A stretch of 64,000 bases of DNA from Octopus sinensis (lineage: Eukaryota), in NCBI RefSeq assembly GCF_006345805.1, contig NC_043008.1:4402001-4466000 (forward strand), written 5' to 3'. This document shows, one piece after another, positions 25,471 to 38,404 of the stretch. Made by a program: the position numbers and the translations under genes. The stretch's first letter is position 1. The number at the start of each line of letters is the position of its first letter. The notes beneath the pieces were generated by a model, which saw nothing but the letters and a program-made list of their open reading frames with translations, did not search any database and had not been told where the DNA came from.

Positions 25471-26912
25471 GAAGATTGTGACAGTGTGAGCAAATGAATC
25501 CTTTCAATGGTGCTGATTTATCTGCTAAACAGAACAACCTCCACTGACCAGTATTAATGGTTCTCACATTAAATACGTAAGCACTGCTTAACAGTGTTTT
25601 TCATGTGGATAGCTTGTGTTTGGTTGTTATTTTCTAAACAATTCTATTTTTATATGCTAACCAGTGTATACTAACTCGTATATGAACTTAGAAACTTCAG
25701 TTACTATTTTGACAAGTACAGTGGGGTTGGTGCTTTGCTGATGTGGCCATCATGTTTAAAGTTGTCTCCTATACTTGTTAAAATAATGCCAACAGTGTCA
25801 CTTATTGGCTAACATTCTTTTGTCTCCTCCGTCTCACTGTATAGATATCTCTTCAATGTTCCCTATTAAATTAATGTTTACTAATTGGTATTCAGCAGGG
25901 AATGTAAGAAGTTATCTGAGATAATTAGCAGAAACTGAAGAGCCACTCAAGAACTTTCAAATATCTTTCCAAGGAGAAAGGATAACACCATATAACAATA
26001 ATATTTTTAGGCTTTTTGTTGGTTTTGTTTTGTCTTTGATCAGTAAGTGTTGTTTCTTATTTGCTTCTATCTAGAAATCAAAGGAAATGACCACTATTCC
26101 TTTCAAACTTGCTTTTGTAACCTGGACGTCAATGTTTTGAGTCTTACCTATTTTCCATTACATTTCAGGCAGATTCAGCAGAAATATCAATATGGCAAAT
26201 ATTCTGCTCAATACCGCAGACTTGCTTGTCATTTGTTTGACCTTAACCCCTTGAGCAGATCCCTTTGTGGCTGACAATAGCAGGATTAGTGGGGGAGCAT
26301 CATAGCCACGTACTGAGATGACTTCATTGGGGCTTCAATAAATGTCACAAAAGCAAAGTTTGAAGGAAATATTGGGCATTTTTCATACTTTCTAGGGGTA
26401 AGCAAATAGGAAATAACAGAAACTGTTCAATGTGATTGTGGAAAATTTTTCTTCTTATGGCTTTAGTCAAGATTTGAAAGTAGTTAAATTGGTATTGGTG
26501 AAGAGCTCCAGCATCAAATAATATTGTTCTTGTACAAAACACCCTAAACTGGACTATGTTACTCCAAAAATAAGATAATATTAAAATCAATCATTGTAAT
26601 ATATTGTTGGGTTCCTGGGTTTTTTATTTGTGTTGTTCTTCAATGCTTTTTAAAGTTCATGCTTGATTATCAAACTTAAATGAACATCATGTGTAGTATT
26701 TGCTCATGTTCTTCACTGTGTTATAGTTAAACCATCATTCTTAGGTATCACTAAATGATCCTACAACTCAATAATAGGCCTTTGTAAGAGCAATTTAGTT
26801 TTCAGTTTATATGAAACCATCAGTTTAGATGGCTTGGTATGGCTGTTAGTTTTTGTCTCCTGAATGGACTTAATCAGAACTGGGATGGCTGGCTGTAGCA
26901 AAGAAGCATGAG

Positions 26913-27052
26913 CTAGAGCAAAGAAGAAACTCTTGGAGTTGTTGCCTCTGCCCACATTGAATGTTCCTCTTCTCTTTGTGCAAAATTGCGGACTGCATGG
27001 AAGGTTAACACAGGTGAGATGAGAGGGAGAGAACGAACTTTAATGGTATCCT
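26913..27052 (-). CDS. Weak candidate exon (xDTIKVRSLPLISPVLTFHAVRNFAQREEEHSMWAEATTPRVSSLL*)
   Basis: Acceptor ggctttcttgcacatttcag on the minus strand with one frame open to TAG. No donor, no homology recognised. Confidence 0.15.
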
Positions 27053-27234
27053 CTGAAATGTGCAAGAAAGCCAGCTGCATTGATATGGACATGTAATGGA
27101 AATGGACAAAAAATACCACATAAAAATAGGTTGTGTTTTCAGTGCAAGACTTTGGTGGCATTAAGAAGAGAGATGGTCTGATTTAAGGAGAGTGAGTCTC
27201 CCTATTCAGATAGTAAACATGCAATGATTTGGTA

Positions 27235-27650
27235 AATGTAGGTGCATAGGTACAGATATGGGTGGTGTATGGTAGCCACATGGTTTTGGGTTCAGTTACA
27301 TGACATGGCACATTGGGGAGGTGTCTTTTTCCTGTAGCCCCAGGCCAACCAATACTTTGTGAGTGAGTCTGGTTGACAGAAGCTGAGTGGATGCCTATCA
27401 TATACATATATATATATATTTATATATATTTATTTGTATGTATGTGTGCTTGTGTTTGTCCCTGACCACCACTTGAGAAATAGTGATGGTTTGTTTATGT
27501 CACCTTCACTTAGCCTTTTAGCAAGAGAGGTCAATAGAATGTGTGTCAGACATTAAAAAATCAGTACTGGGGGCAGTTCATTCAATGAAACCCTTCAAAG
27601 TAGTGCTCCAGGATGGTCACAGTCCAATGGCTAAAATAAAAGATAATAAA
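27235..27650 (+). mobile_element. SINE family B, full length, diverged
   Basis: agccacatggttttgggttcag head, internal (TA)n, gtagtgctccaggatggtcacagtcc tail. Confidence 0.8.
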
Positions 27651-28258
27651 TGAACTTATGTTGAATGATATATTCTTGCACTTCTGTTGAAACATGCACA
27701 CATTACATGCACACATTACATGCAATATGTATACACAGAGATGGAGACATTTAAAATACATAATTGAAGGCAATATCGAAACACAGACAAGCATCTACAA
27801 ATTTACAGATATTCATTCAGTAATACACTTTTTTTACAATATTTTCATAATTTTCATTTTTTCCTCCCTCTCTCTCTTTCTCTCTCTCTATTGAGAATTA
27901 AAGCCTTCAAATACCAATTAATTTGTAACGAACTCATTAAATTCTAACTCATTTCTAATGAATCTTTTTGAACATATTAGAAAAGTATTTTATACTGCCT
28001 ACCCATCTAATATTTTACAAAGATTATTTTCATGTTGGCTGGTTGCTGTCAACTTGACATCTTTCCATTGTAAACAATTCCTGTTTTCTGTAGTTTCCTT
28101 GTAAATATAATTCTATTATTTCATGCACGTTTCCTGGGATTGTGCTTACAGAATTTCTTGTTATGAGAAACCAACTTTTCTGTTATGTTTGTGAAGGTTC
28201 TCTTAGCTTGACATTCTATAAGAATAAATTCACTCTTTCTATATTTTTATTCATTCAT

Positions 28259-28289
<31 letters not shown>

Positions 28290-30270
28290 TTTTCTTTTTA
28301 TCTTAACTAGACCACAGATTTACTTGAATTTTTGATAATTTTTACATTGAAATACAAAAATTCAAAAAGTCTCCATTTCTGTTTTGCTGTGCATTATTAT
28401 CTGCATCACATTTTATTTTGAAAATTCTTTAAGAGATTTTTATATTTCTGGACCCAGTTTATCCTCAGTTCTTGGATACTTTTGAAATAATTTACATTCG
28501 TTGCTTTATTTTGGGTTTTTTTTAATCATTATTGCAACTATTTCTCATGCTTCTGCCAATATTTCATATTTTACTGATTATTCATTTACAACATAAAACT
28601 ATTGTTTACATTTACCATTGTTTGTAAATAAAGGGCTGACTTCATTTGGATTCTGAGTCTTGAAATTAGTCATTCATCCTTGAAATAATACTTTTTTTTA
28701 TTTCAACTGGACTCTAACATTATTCCAAGTTTGAACCAAAGACAAGGCAGACAACAACGTCATTTCCTTTTAATTCAAAGACAATTTTATCAGGACTTTT
28801 CAGTATGAAGAACACTAACTGTTATTATGGACTGGTCATTTCAATAAGCAAAAGGAAACTTTTGTGTGGTCACTTGACCTGTAACGAATAGCAACTAAAT
28901 ATCCATCAAATAATATCTTGCTGTCATAAAAAAAGCAGACACTGATCAATGCAATCTTGATGTATTCATGAATAGAATACCTGTGGTTTATTCATTTAGA
29001 GCTAACCTGAAGGAAAGCAACAGCAGCAATTTTGTTTTGCTAACAACTGCTTTCTCTGGTGCATTGCAAGTGGCTACACACATTCACAACACTGACCAGA
29101 TGTCTTTTTATCATTACTTCTTAAAATTCCTAACATGCAACATATATATATTATTATTACTATTACACACACACACACACACACCACACACACACACATA
29201 TATGTATATATATATATATGTTGTATGTTTGTACGATGTGTCAGAATGTTTATATTATGTATTAGTTGCTGTTGTCATTATGTCTTTCCCTTGGTATTCT
29301 CAATTTTAGCCTTCTCCAAAAAGACGATTAAAATCCAATGATTGACACTATTAATTAAGATATACTCATAAAATCATTGCAAATTATTTGAAGATGTTAA
29401 TGATGAACATATTTTATATTATATTGCTTATTTATATCTTTTTTCTTTATTTTTCAGGTAAGCACCTTTTCTGAAACATTATTAAGACTGTTACTTGAAA
29501 TGAGGGCCAGAGAAAGGTATGCATTTTCTTTAACAGCAGACTTAATATTAAAAAAAAAAATACCTGATCTTATAATTCTTTTCATACAATTCCTCTTGTC
29601 ACATTTTCAAGAATTGCCCCCTCCTCTTCAGTTTAATTTTCTGCACATTGTCTTCCTTATTTTCCATCATTTGTTCAATGACAGCACGAGTCAGATGATG
29701 CTTTGCGAGTGAATATATTTACTATCAGAATATTTGTGTTAATTACTTGCCTGAGAAGGAAAATTGAATTCTGTTGTCAGCCAGGTGAGGTTAGACAAAG
29801 TAGGAAGAAGATATTACTTTGTCCAGAGGACAACACAAACAAAGGTTGTAGTTAGAGCTGAACCAGGAACCAATCGGTTGGCAATGCATCATCTAAACTA
29901 CACAAGTGTTGTACTTTTGTACTAATTTCTCATAGTTAATATATTTAACAAGAATTTCACAATACTTACCTCAAGTCAATGGATCAGCCTCCATGTTGCT
30001 CTTTGCTTTGATAGGTTTAGCAATTTCCTTTCAAATTTTGAAAAATTTTAAGAAGGAAATTTCAGAAGTTTTTCAAAGTTTACAATAACATCTTTAAAAA
30101 AAAAACAGGAAATCCCACCTAGTAACTATTTGGCTGACTTGATGTGTAGAATTGTTCAGCTTCAACAGAGCTAAACTGAGGGTATAAAATAATAATTTGT
30201 GTCTATAATTTCTACACATGTTCACTATTCAGAAATATATTTCTCTCTCTCTCTCTTTCTCTCTCCCTAT

Positions 30271-30304
<34 letters not shown>

Positions 30305-30360
30305 CTATTGTGTCTGGGGAGAGTCATTTTCTTTTTGTGCCTTATAATTTAACACACACT
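30305..30360 (+). mobile_element. Short dispersed-repeat fragment embedded in (TA)n/(CT)n, probably Penelope-like terminal repeat
   Basis: ttgtgtctggggagagtcatt also occurs inverted and direct at 53479-53579. The Penelope assignment is inference from context. Confidence 0.45.
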
Positions 30361-30439
30361 CTCTCTCTCTCTCTATATATATATATATTATATATATATA
30401 TATATATAGAGTGAGAGAGAGAGAGAGAGAGAGAGAGGA

Positions 30440-31930
30440 GAATTTGATTTTGGAAAATGCACCTGAATTTGAAAAACTTGTAATTGTTTTTAAATAGATT
30501 TATTTACCTGCATACCAAATTAGTTTCAACAATTTTTGGTTTATCCATGGTATAAATGTATTATCTAAAGATGTTGAAATGAAATTTGGTGAGTCTGAAT
30601 GTGCAAACATGAGTGATTGAAAACCTTACTTTCTAGTAAAAGTTACAAGTATCTTGGCCTGGATAAGTTATGTTAGATGTGATGTGCTTATCAATAAAGA
30701 AATGACAATGAATAGCTCAATACAGTTACAAAATATGGTCTTCTGAACTCTCAGCTTACAAGCATATCACCCACATCTTTGTAGTGCCTATCCTTATGCT
30801 TGTGTTTTAACTTTTAAACTGATCACTGAAAAAGCTCAATGACGCAGACATACAAACTCTGAAGCAATTCAGTGTTACTGGAAAATTTGAAGATATAAGC
30901 ACATTTTATTTTCAATGTAAGGGAAATGGCTGTAGTCTCAAATTTATATTAATGTCATATGAAACATGTTTTGTGACCCTGAAGCAACATGTGCAGCAGA
31001 GGAAAGGAGGTCAGTGACTATCTTTCCCCGATTTTGCAAACACGGAAAAATATTATCAGGATAACTAATGAACTTGAGGAGAGGGATGAAATATGAGCAG
31101 ATAAAAATCATTTGGAGCAGCAGGAAACTCTAATTCAAAAACATAATAAAAAAGGGAATCAGTTCACTGAAGGCTGTCAATGGTTAGATGGCATTAAAGA
31201 CCGAAACCATAGCAGGAATAAATCACATCAAAAGTTTGACATGATGTTCCAACAAGTTTATGATGTTCTACTTTGAAGGTTACTTCCATGTAATTCAAGA
31301 TCAAAAGACCCCACCAAGTACCTCCTGCATAAAAGGCAGAAAAAAATTAACAGACAACAAATGTAGTTTGTACAAAACTAAAAGTAAAGACATCAAACAT
31401 ATTATTGCTAACTGCAAGAGAATGTCTTCCATCTACGATTTGCCTATGAGGCATGACATAATGGCCAGAAAACTCTGAATTGTTATAGGAAAAAAGAAAT
31501 TACCAGCAGATAAAGATGGTCCTATTGAGACAGAACAGTCGAAAGAGTATTGATGAAACTAAGGTATTAAAACACCCACCAAATTGAAACACAACCAGTC
31601 TGGAGCAGTGGGTGTGAGACAATTTGAAAAAAAAATCCCTTCTTGTGGCAATCAGCTTCCCTTTGAACCCTAAGGTGGTCAGAAGAATACTTCAGAAACC
31701 TCTAGAGACCATTGATATGGAGTTTGAAAATTCAGTACTCAAGATACATTTTCAGTTTCATACCTATTAATATTGGAGCAGCATGATATCTACCAGTCCA
31801 GCTGGAGCAAAGTATAGCCAAACTTGGATTCTTTGGGAGTGAATTCATATACTACAAATGATCGTGATATTTGGGGATATAAAAAAACTGCAAGATCTTC
31901 TTAAGATATAAAAGATGACATCTAAAACAA
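30440..31930 (+). mobile_element. Heavily decayed R2/R4-type (RLE) non-LTR retrotransposon 3' part
   Basis: DVEMKFGESECA (late RT), EGYFHVIQDQ, DNKCSLYK..DIKHIIANCKRMS..YDLPMRHDIMA (CCHC knuckle region), IKTPTKLKHNQ, FIPINIGAA. Confidence 0.85.
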
Positions 31931-33618
31931 ATTGCTTTCCTTCTTACTAACCCTCTTACTAAGTAGCTAGGGGCTAGTTAACTCTAAGTTAAGTAGAGAA
32001 AAAGAAAACATATGTGTGTATGTGTTAATGTTTACGTTTTGCAAAATTCTTCAACTTTAGTTTAAAAAGCAATTATTTTTATATTATGTTTAGTCATTCA
32101 ACTGACTACCTATGTGTCATAGATCTAAGTGTATATTTATTTTACTTTCTAAGTAAAATAAATATATAAATTTCATATTTAACAACCTTGCTGTGTATTC
32201 TAATACTAAAGCTAGTAACCAGGGTATTAAAAATCGCCATTGAATATCAGATAAAAGTAATAAAACTTAAAATCTCTCCTAAAAGTTTTATATTTCTTAT
32301 GTCATCCAAGTTATTTTTATTACATTCTCTTAAAACAAATAAATTTAAATGAGAATCTTTTAATCACAAAATATTTAATCAATTTTCAGTATTTTACTCC
32401 AAATAATTATAATTCAATGCACACTGAATTGTATTTGGAATGGAATCTTAATATATTTTCCTTTTTTTAATACACATATGTTCTAAACATCACAAAGGTA
32501 AATAGACACCAGAGTTTTTGAATGATTTGAAGGCCCCAGGTTCTCAGACGAGGACAGCCGAAGAAACATTTTCAATTCTGTCAAATCTACAGAAGATAAA
32601 CTTTAGCTTATGGAACTTGATGGACCAACTTCCAATATATTTCAGTATTATTGTTGTTGTTCTTTATGTCTAGCTCAGTTTTTATCAAACAGTGCACAAA
32701 GTAGATCTGTCTAGTTTTTGTTGTTTAGTCTCAGGTTAACTTAGATTGAACTTGAGCAAAGCTATGGCCAAAGGCATCTTAGTTGTGGCGATCTTAGCCT
32801 CTTTCTTTTTTTTTTTTTTAGATGTAGCGTTTTTAAGACAGTAGAATATAGTTTGGGAAAGATTTAGTTGCCATACACTGCACATTTAGTTGATATGCAT
32901 TTCTTATGAGAAGAGCAGTGAAGCAGTCCATTTGGGTTTGTTTTATGCTAGTATCAAGTGTTTTTCTTTACCTGGAAGTTCTAGTGTCAGCCGTTATAGA
33001 GATTTCAAGATGGATTTGGTGAGATTACATCAGTTGTTGTACTTTTGGGAATGTACTTCAGCGATGTATTGTTGTTTCTTTGTATTGACCTACTTTGAAA
33101 ATGTTGTGTTTCTTCAGTGTAAATATTCATAGTTGTGTTTTCTATATTTTGTCTTTTATCAATAAAGTTCCATAAATTCTTCTCCAAAAGGGCTTAGCAA
33201 TAAAAGATCTACTTCGGGATTCTTTTCTTAAGATAAGCTAAACTGTTTTCAAGAATGGATTAGATTCCTTGACAGGTGTCCACACTGGGATATTATAGGA
33301 AACCACACAAAGAGGGTCACATGGAATGGTACACATGTAAACAGCATCATAGCCTCTGGATTACCGATTCCACCAATGACTGTCTCAACCAAAATTACTT
33401 CAAAATCACTTTTGTTTTAAAACTGGAAAGACATTGAATAATGATGTAGTGCTGGATACCTTTTAAAAGACGAGATGGTCATCGTTGTCACACCTTTGAT
33501 CATAGACGTTTCCTCTTCTAAATTCAGAAGAAGTATTGGCTTTGAGGTTAAACAGCAATATGTGACACCTCAGCCCACCCCCCTACACCTGTTTGAAAAC
33601 AAATACACAGATTCCTAG

Positions 33619-33670
33619 ACACCCATAAATACACCCATAAATACACCCATAAATACACCCGTAAATACAC
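33619..33670. repeat. Tandem repeat, about 4 x 12 bp (acacccataaat)
   Basis: Directly visible, one substitution in the fourth unit. Confidence 0.9.
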
Positions 33671-33795
33671 CATGTATTCGTTTATTTCAGTTTAGAATTG
33701 ATTAAATGTTCACTGAAACAACAGATAACGAAGGGTTTCTTGCTGAGTCACTGCACTTTCTCTCATAATCCCAATTTCCCTCCAATCACTTGTCT

Positions 33796-33796
<1 letters not shown>

Positions 33797-33830
<34 letters not shown>

Positions 33831-33916
33831 ATGCGTGTGTGTGTGTGTGTGTGGGTGTGTATGCATGCGTGTGTGTGTGTGTATGTGTGTGTGTGTGTGT
33901 GGTGTGTGTGTGTGTG
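33797..33916. repeat. (GT)n compound microsatellite
   Basis: Directly visible. Confidence 0.95.
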
Positions 33917-34771
33917 CCACTTCACTATTTTCTATTTTTACCATTTTTTCCAACTTGCTGAGAGAGTGTTAATGTCACAGGAAACCTTTAGATGCAAAAT
34001 TTTTTTCATTTATCTATTTATATTGATAACCATGATATACTCTGAAAATTTGTGATAAAATTATTCATTGTGCTGCAGCCTCTGTTTTTATAACAAAATA
34101 TTACACACATACACGTGTGCATGTGTATGCATGCATGTGTGTGTACATATGTAAAATTTTACAAAATACAAAGGCTGAAACATCATTAGCTTTATTTCCC
34201 CACCCCCTAGCTTCAAAATCTTAGGATTCTCATCTGTTTTTTTTAATAAAAAATGGATAATGAAGATTTCAACAGCATGTTTTCTTCTGTGAACATTATT
34301 GCAGGTTCCATGGATGAATAGATAAACTTTGACAGAAATATATGTAAAATATAAATCCATATGTAAGTTATTATCTAGAAGACCACACGTTTCTTCGACT
34401 GGGATATAATATATTGAATTAGTGCCAATAATTTAATCTGTTGGCACCTATTTTATGGCAAAGAAATGGAATACAAAGTCAAACAATGCGGGGTTTCAAC
34501 AAAAATACCATAAGGACCCTTTTTTAGCACTCTCCTATTTCTGTTAGTCCATTTCTTCATATTTTAGGAGTTTTCTTTTGCTTTTTAAATTGACAAATTC
34601 ATATGCATTCATATAGACATACAAAAACATATATTCAAACATATGTATATACACATACACACATACACACATACATATATATATATATAATATATATATA
34701 TATCATCTGTAGAAATACATAAATCTGAGAAAGGAGCCCACTCAAAGATGTAGAGCAGTTAATATTATAAT

Positions 34772-34848
34772 GGGGGCCAGATTATGGGGTTACCCTGGAT
34801 TTCTCACTTATGAGCGAGACACCCAGGGTAACCCCATAAACTGGCCCC
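34772..34848. other. GC-rich fold-back hairpin (pre-miRNA-like or tiny MITE)
   Basis: ggggccagattatggggttaccctgg pairs with ccagggtaaccccataaactggcccc (one mismatch), 24-nt loop; AAT on both flanks. Confidence 0.85.
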
Positions 34849-35994
34849 AATGTTCGGCCCTGTTAAGAATACCCTTGATGCATCGGGTGATATGATATGC
34901 TTGAGAAGATCTGTTGAGTCAAGTAAAACCAATATCGTAGCTGTGGTCAGTGCCCCCTGACTGGCTCCGATGCCAGTGGCACATAAAAAGCACCATCCGA
35001 ATACATGCCTTCATTCTATCATGGCAATTTTCATTGAGTGCTTTGCCTTTCCAACTATGGCCAGAAAAGCATGCAACACATAAAAGGGATGTTCAAAATC
35101 AAGCGATGCCTGTACCTGAAGCTTTTTCAAGAGAGGAAATGTCTTATTAGGTTCAGTCCCACTCTTGAAATAATGCATGCATTTGCTCAAAATGAAGGAC
35201 TAGTCTACATCGCTGGATGCAAACTAAGAGATGTCTCAATAAAGATGAGGAGTCTCTCACTCCCAGCTGTTGGATAGTCGTTGACTCCATTGCCTTCATT
35301 TGCCGTTTGATGGGTTTTTGTTCAGCTGGGTGTCCAGCAAAAGCTACCCTACTTACCAAGCAAGCTAGATAGAATTTCCAGTTTAATCACTGATAGCACA
35401 ACCATATGACACATTGTACTGCATTATGCATACACACACACACACACACACAAACATGACTGTGACTTCAAATTTTCACGACAAAATCTCATCAGACAAG
35501 CTACAATTTGCTGTTACCAGTAAAGTTTTGAAATCCCTGTCAGCTTCCATTTCATTCAGATAAAATATCTAGACTCTATATACATATACGGAGTCTTCTG
35601 TTGGTTTATGTTATCCAATCTTTCTAAGGTTTCTTTCCTTCAAACACGCCATTCATGTGTCTGCATTGATATATCAAATAATGTTTTAGGAATATATGAT
35701 CTGTGCCTGTATCTGTTTGTTTATATAAGTACATGTATGTTGACATTTGTGTTTTGACATGTGTCTCCATAGGTGTCTTTGCAAACATACTTGTCCAGGT
35801 GATAAAATGGCTTCTCACCCATCATTTCTTTCCTATAATTTCTTCTGATAAATCTTCTGAAGAAATATATTATTCTTGTGTTCTCCCTCCTTTGATCCCT
35901 CTACAACAATATATTCTTTCACTTATTATTTGTCATTCAGTCAAGATTGAAAGCCAAAGATCTTGTGTGTTACACATTATCAACATATCATTAC

Positions 35995-36214
35995 CATTAT
36001 TTAAGGTGGCCACCTGGCAGGGGCATCAATATGTCAGACAAAATAGCTGGTGGCCCTTTGTCTGGCTTCAAATTCTGAGTTCAGATTCCACTGAGACTAA
36101 CTTTGTCTTTTGTCCTTACACGATTGATAAGTACCTGTTGAACACTGGAGTTGTTGAAATTGACCAGCACCCCCTCCCACCGAGATTTCAGGCCTTATGC
36201 CTATAGAATAAAGA

Positions 36215-36267
<53 letters not shown>

Positions 36268-36725
36268 CATTATTATTATTATTATTAATAATAATAATAA
36301 GATGGTGAGCTGGTAGAATCATTAGCAGGCCAGACAAAATACTTAGCATCATTTCTTCTGGCTTTAAGTTCTGAGTTCAAATTCTTCAAAGGCTAGCTAT
36401 GCCTTTCATCCTATCAGGGTCAATAGAATAAGTACCCATTAAGAATGGGCATTGATGTAACTGACTAACTCTATCTGACCTATTATTATTATTATTATTA
36501 CTATTATAAAAAGTTGATGGATTGGTAGAATTGTTAGTGCATTGGGCAAAATACCTTGTGGTATTTCTTCCATCTCTTAAATATTCTGTTATTCAAATCA
36601 TGCTGAAGTCACCTTTGCCTGCCATTTTTTCAGTCTACAAAATAAAAAAAATATTTAAGTGTAAAGAGTTTGTCTATTTCATTGGTTGACCCCTTCCCCT
36701 TAAATTTCTGGCTTGTGCCTATTGT
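35995..36725 (+). mobile_element. Chain of three family A SINEs joined by (ATT)n tracts
   Basis: Copies start near 36000, 36298 and 36510; (ATT)n at 36217-36297 and 36480-36507. Confidence 0.8.
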
Positions 36726-38404
36726 TGTCATTATTAATCTTATTGCACTTGTTGGGGATTGCTTGCAGGGAACCTAAGAAAGCTGGACATAACACAATTT
36801 ACTTGATGGCTGTTGAGTCGGTTCCTTTTGTTAAAGACAAATTTCAGAACATTGCAATGTTTGTTCTTTGATATTTTCATATTTTATGATAGTTGTAAAC
36901 ATTATTTCCTTGATACTAGAGAAGGCCCAGCTCTGCAGAAGCATGCGGAGGTGCTGGTTCCAAACGTTGTGGAACCAAACAGGTTAGATGTCAGCCCAAT
37001 CACTCTGTTTTTGCCTCTATAATCTTTTTTTCTCTTTCCTCCTCATCTTACTCATCTTCTACAGTTGCCTTCTCTTCCACTCACTTTATTGGTCAAGTTG
37101 TCCTGAACAAATGCACTAAATTTTACACAGAGATGATTCCTTCTGTCTTGCAAAATACAAGACAACTCTGCTAGTGCTGGTTCCTCTCCAAATGCACCCA
37201 GTACATTCTATAGTGTAGGTTCTAGGAAAGTCAACCAGCATAGACCATTCCAGAAGAAAATGCACAAGTGTACACATGGACCCCTGACCATGACCAGGAG
37301 AGCAGTAACACAAAGAAAGATCAAACTTTGATGATGACAACCCATCCAACCCATTGCTTACATGGAAAACATGCAAAATAGCCATGATGATGATAATGAA
37401 AATACAAGTCAACTTCGGTGGAATCCAAACTCCATTTGCACTCTGAGATCAAATGTCTCCTCACTCAACATTGTTTTCCATTTTTTCCAGGGTCAAAGAA
37501 ATAAGTACCTGTTAGGTACTGCATCAATATAACTGATAATTCCCTTCTCCAAAAATGTATGTTAGAAATCAAGATTCTTAATATTATCAACAAAAATCAA
37601 TTCTGATTATCATGTTTTGTAATAATGCTAATAACAACCAGAATTGTTTGATATTCTTTGTCTGATACATCCAGTTCTTTGCCGTTTTCTTTAAAGTGCT
37701 GTGATCAGTTTGTGCATCCTAAAATGCAGGCCAATTGAATCAACATATCTATTTGATGCCAGGACTGCTATCAACTTGCTACATCATTCGTTTCAGAATA
37801 TGTGCTGTCTATCACCTCATTAAACCGGGGATTGATATAATCAACTGTTCCATCCCACCAGATTGTATGGACCCATACAGAAACTACTATTGCTATTAAT
37901 ATTTAGCTCTTGTCACTACACGGAAAACTAGGTTTTTAGCTTCACTTTTAACACATTGCTGGTAATAACATGTCTGTTTATTTCTCTCCGGAGCTTTCTT
38001 TAAACTCTGTAGGTATACCACACAGCGTAAAAACAGAGTGGCTGGTGATGCTGGAATATGAAGAGAACAAAGTGTCTGAATTATGGCCAATTGAGTATCT
38101 AAACATCTCTTAAGATCGTATCAAAATATAGATGATGTGAAATCTATCTGGCAAGGTACCAGATATCCTATATAAGTAAAATATTATTTCAGATTTAATG
38201 TCACATACAGCTGGGTGATATTGTTATATGAAACAGTATACTTTCATAAACAACTTTCTCTTAATGGCATCAATGTTCTTCCTCTTTTCTCTGCAATATG
38301 AAATAGACATACTATATTTCATAGAGATGTTTATGTTATATAATTATAAAATATATAATAATGATATTATATAATATCTTATGTAATATATATATAAAGT
38401 AGTA

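Noticed and set aside
35703-36206. 167-aa plus ORF
   Set aside because: Low-complexity AT-rich start, and the second half is a family A SINE; no domain.
37790-38110. Several plausible-looking short peptides after plus-strand acceptors
   Set aside because: No consistent donor, frame or homology; cannot be distinguished from chance.
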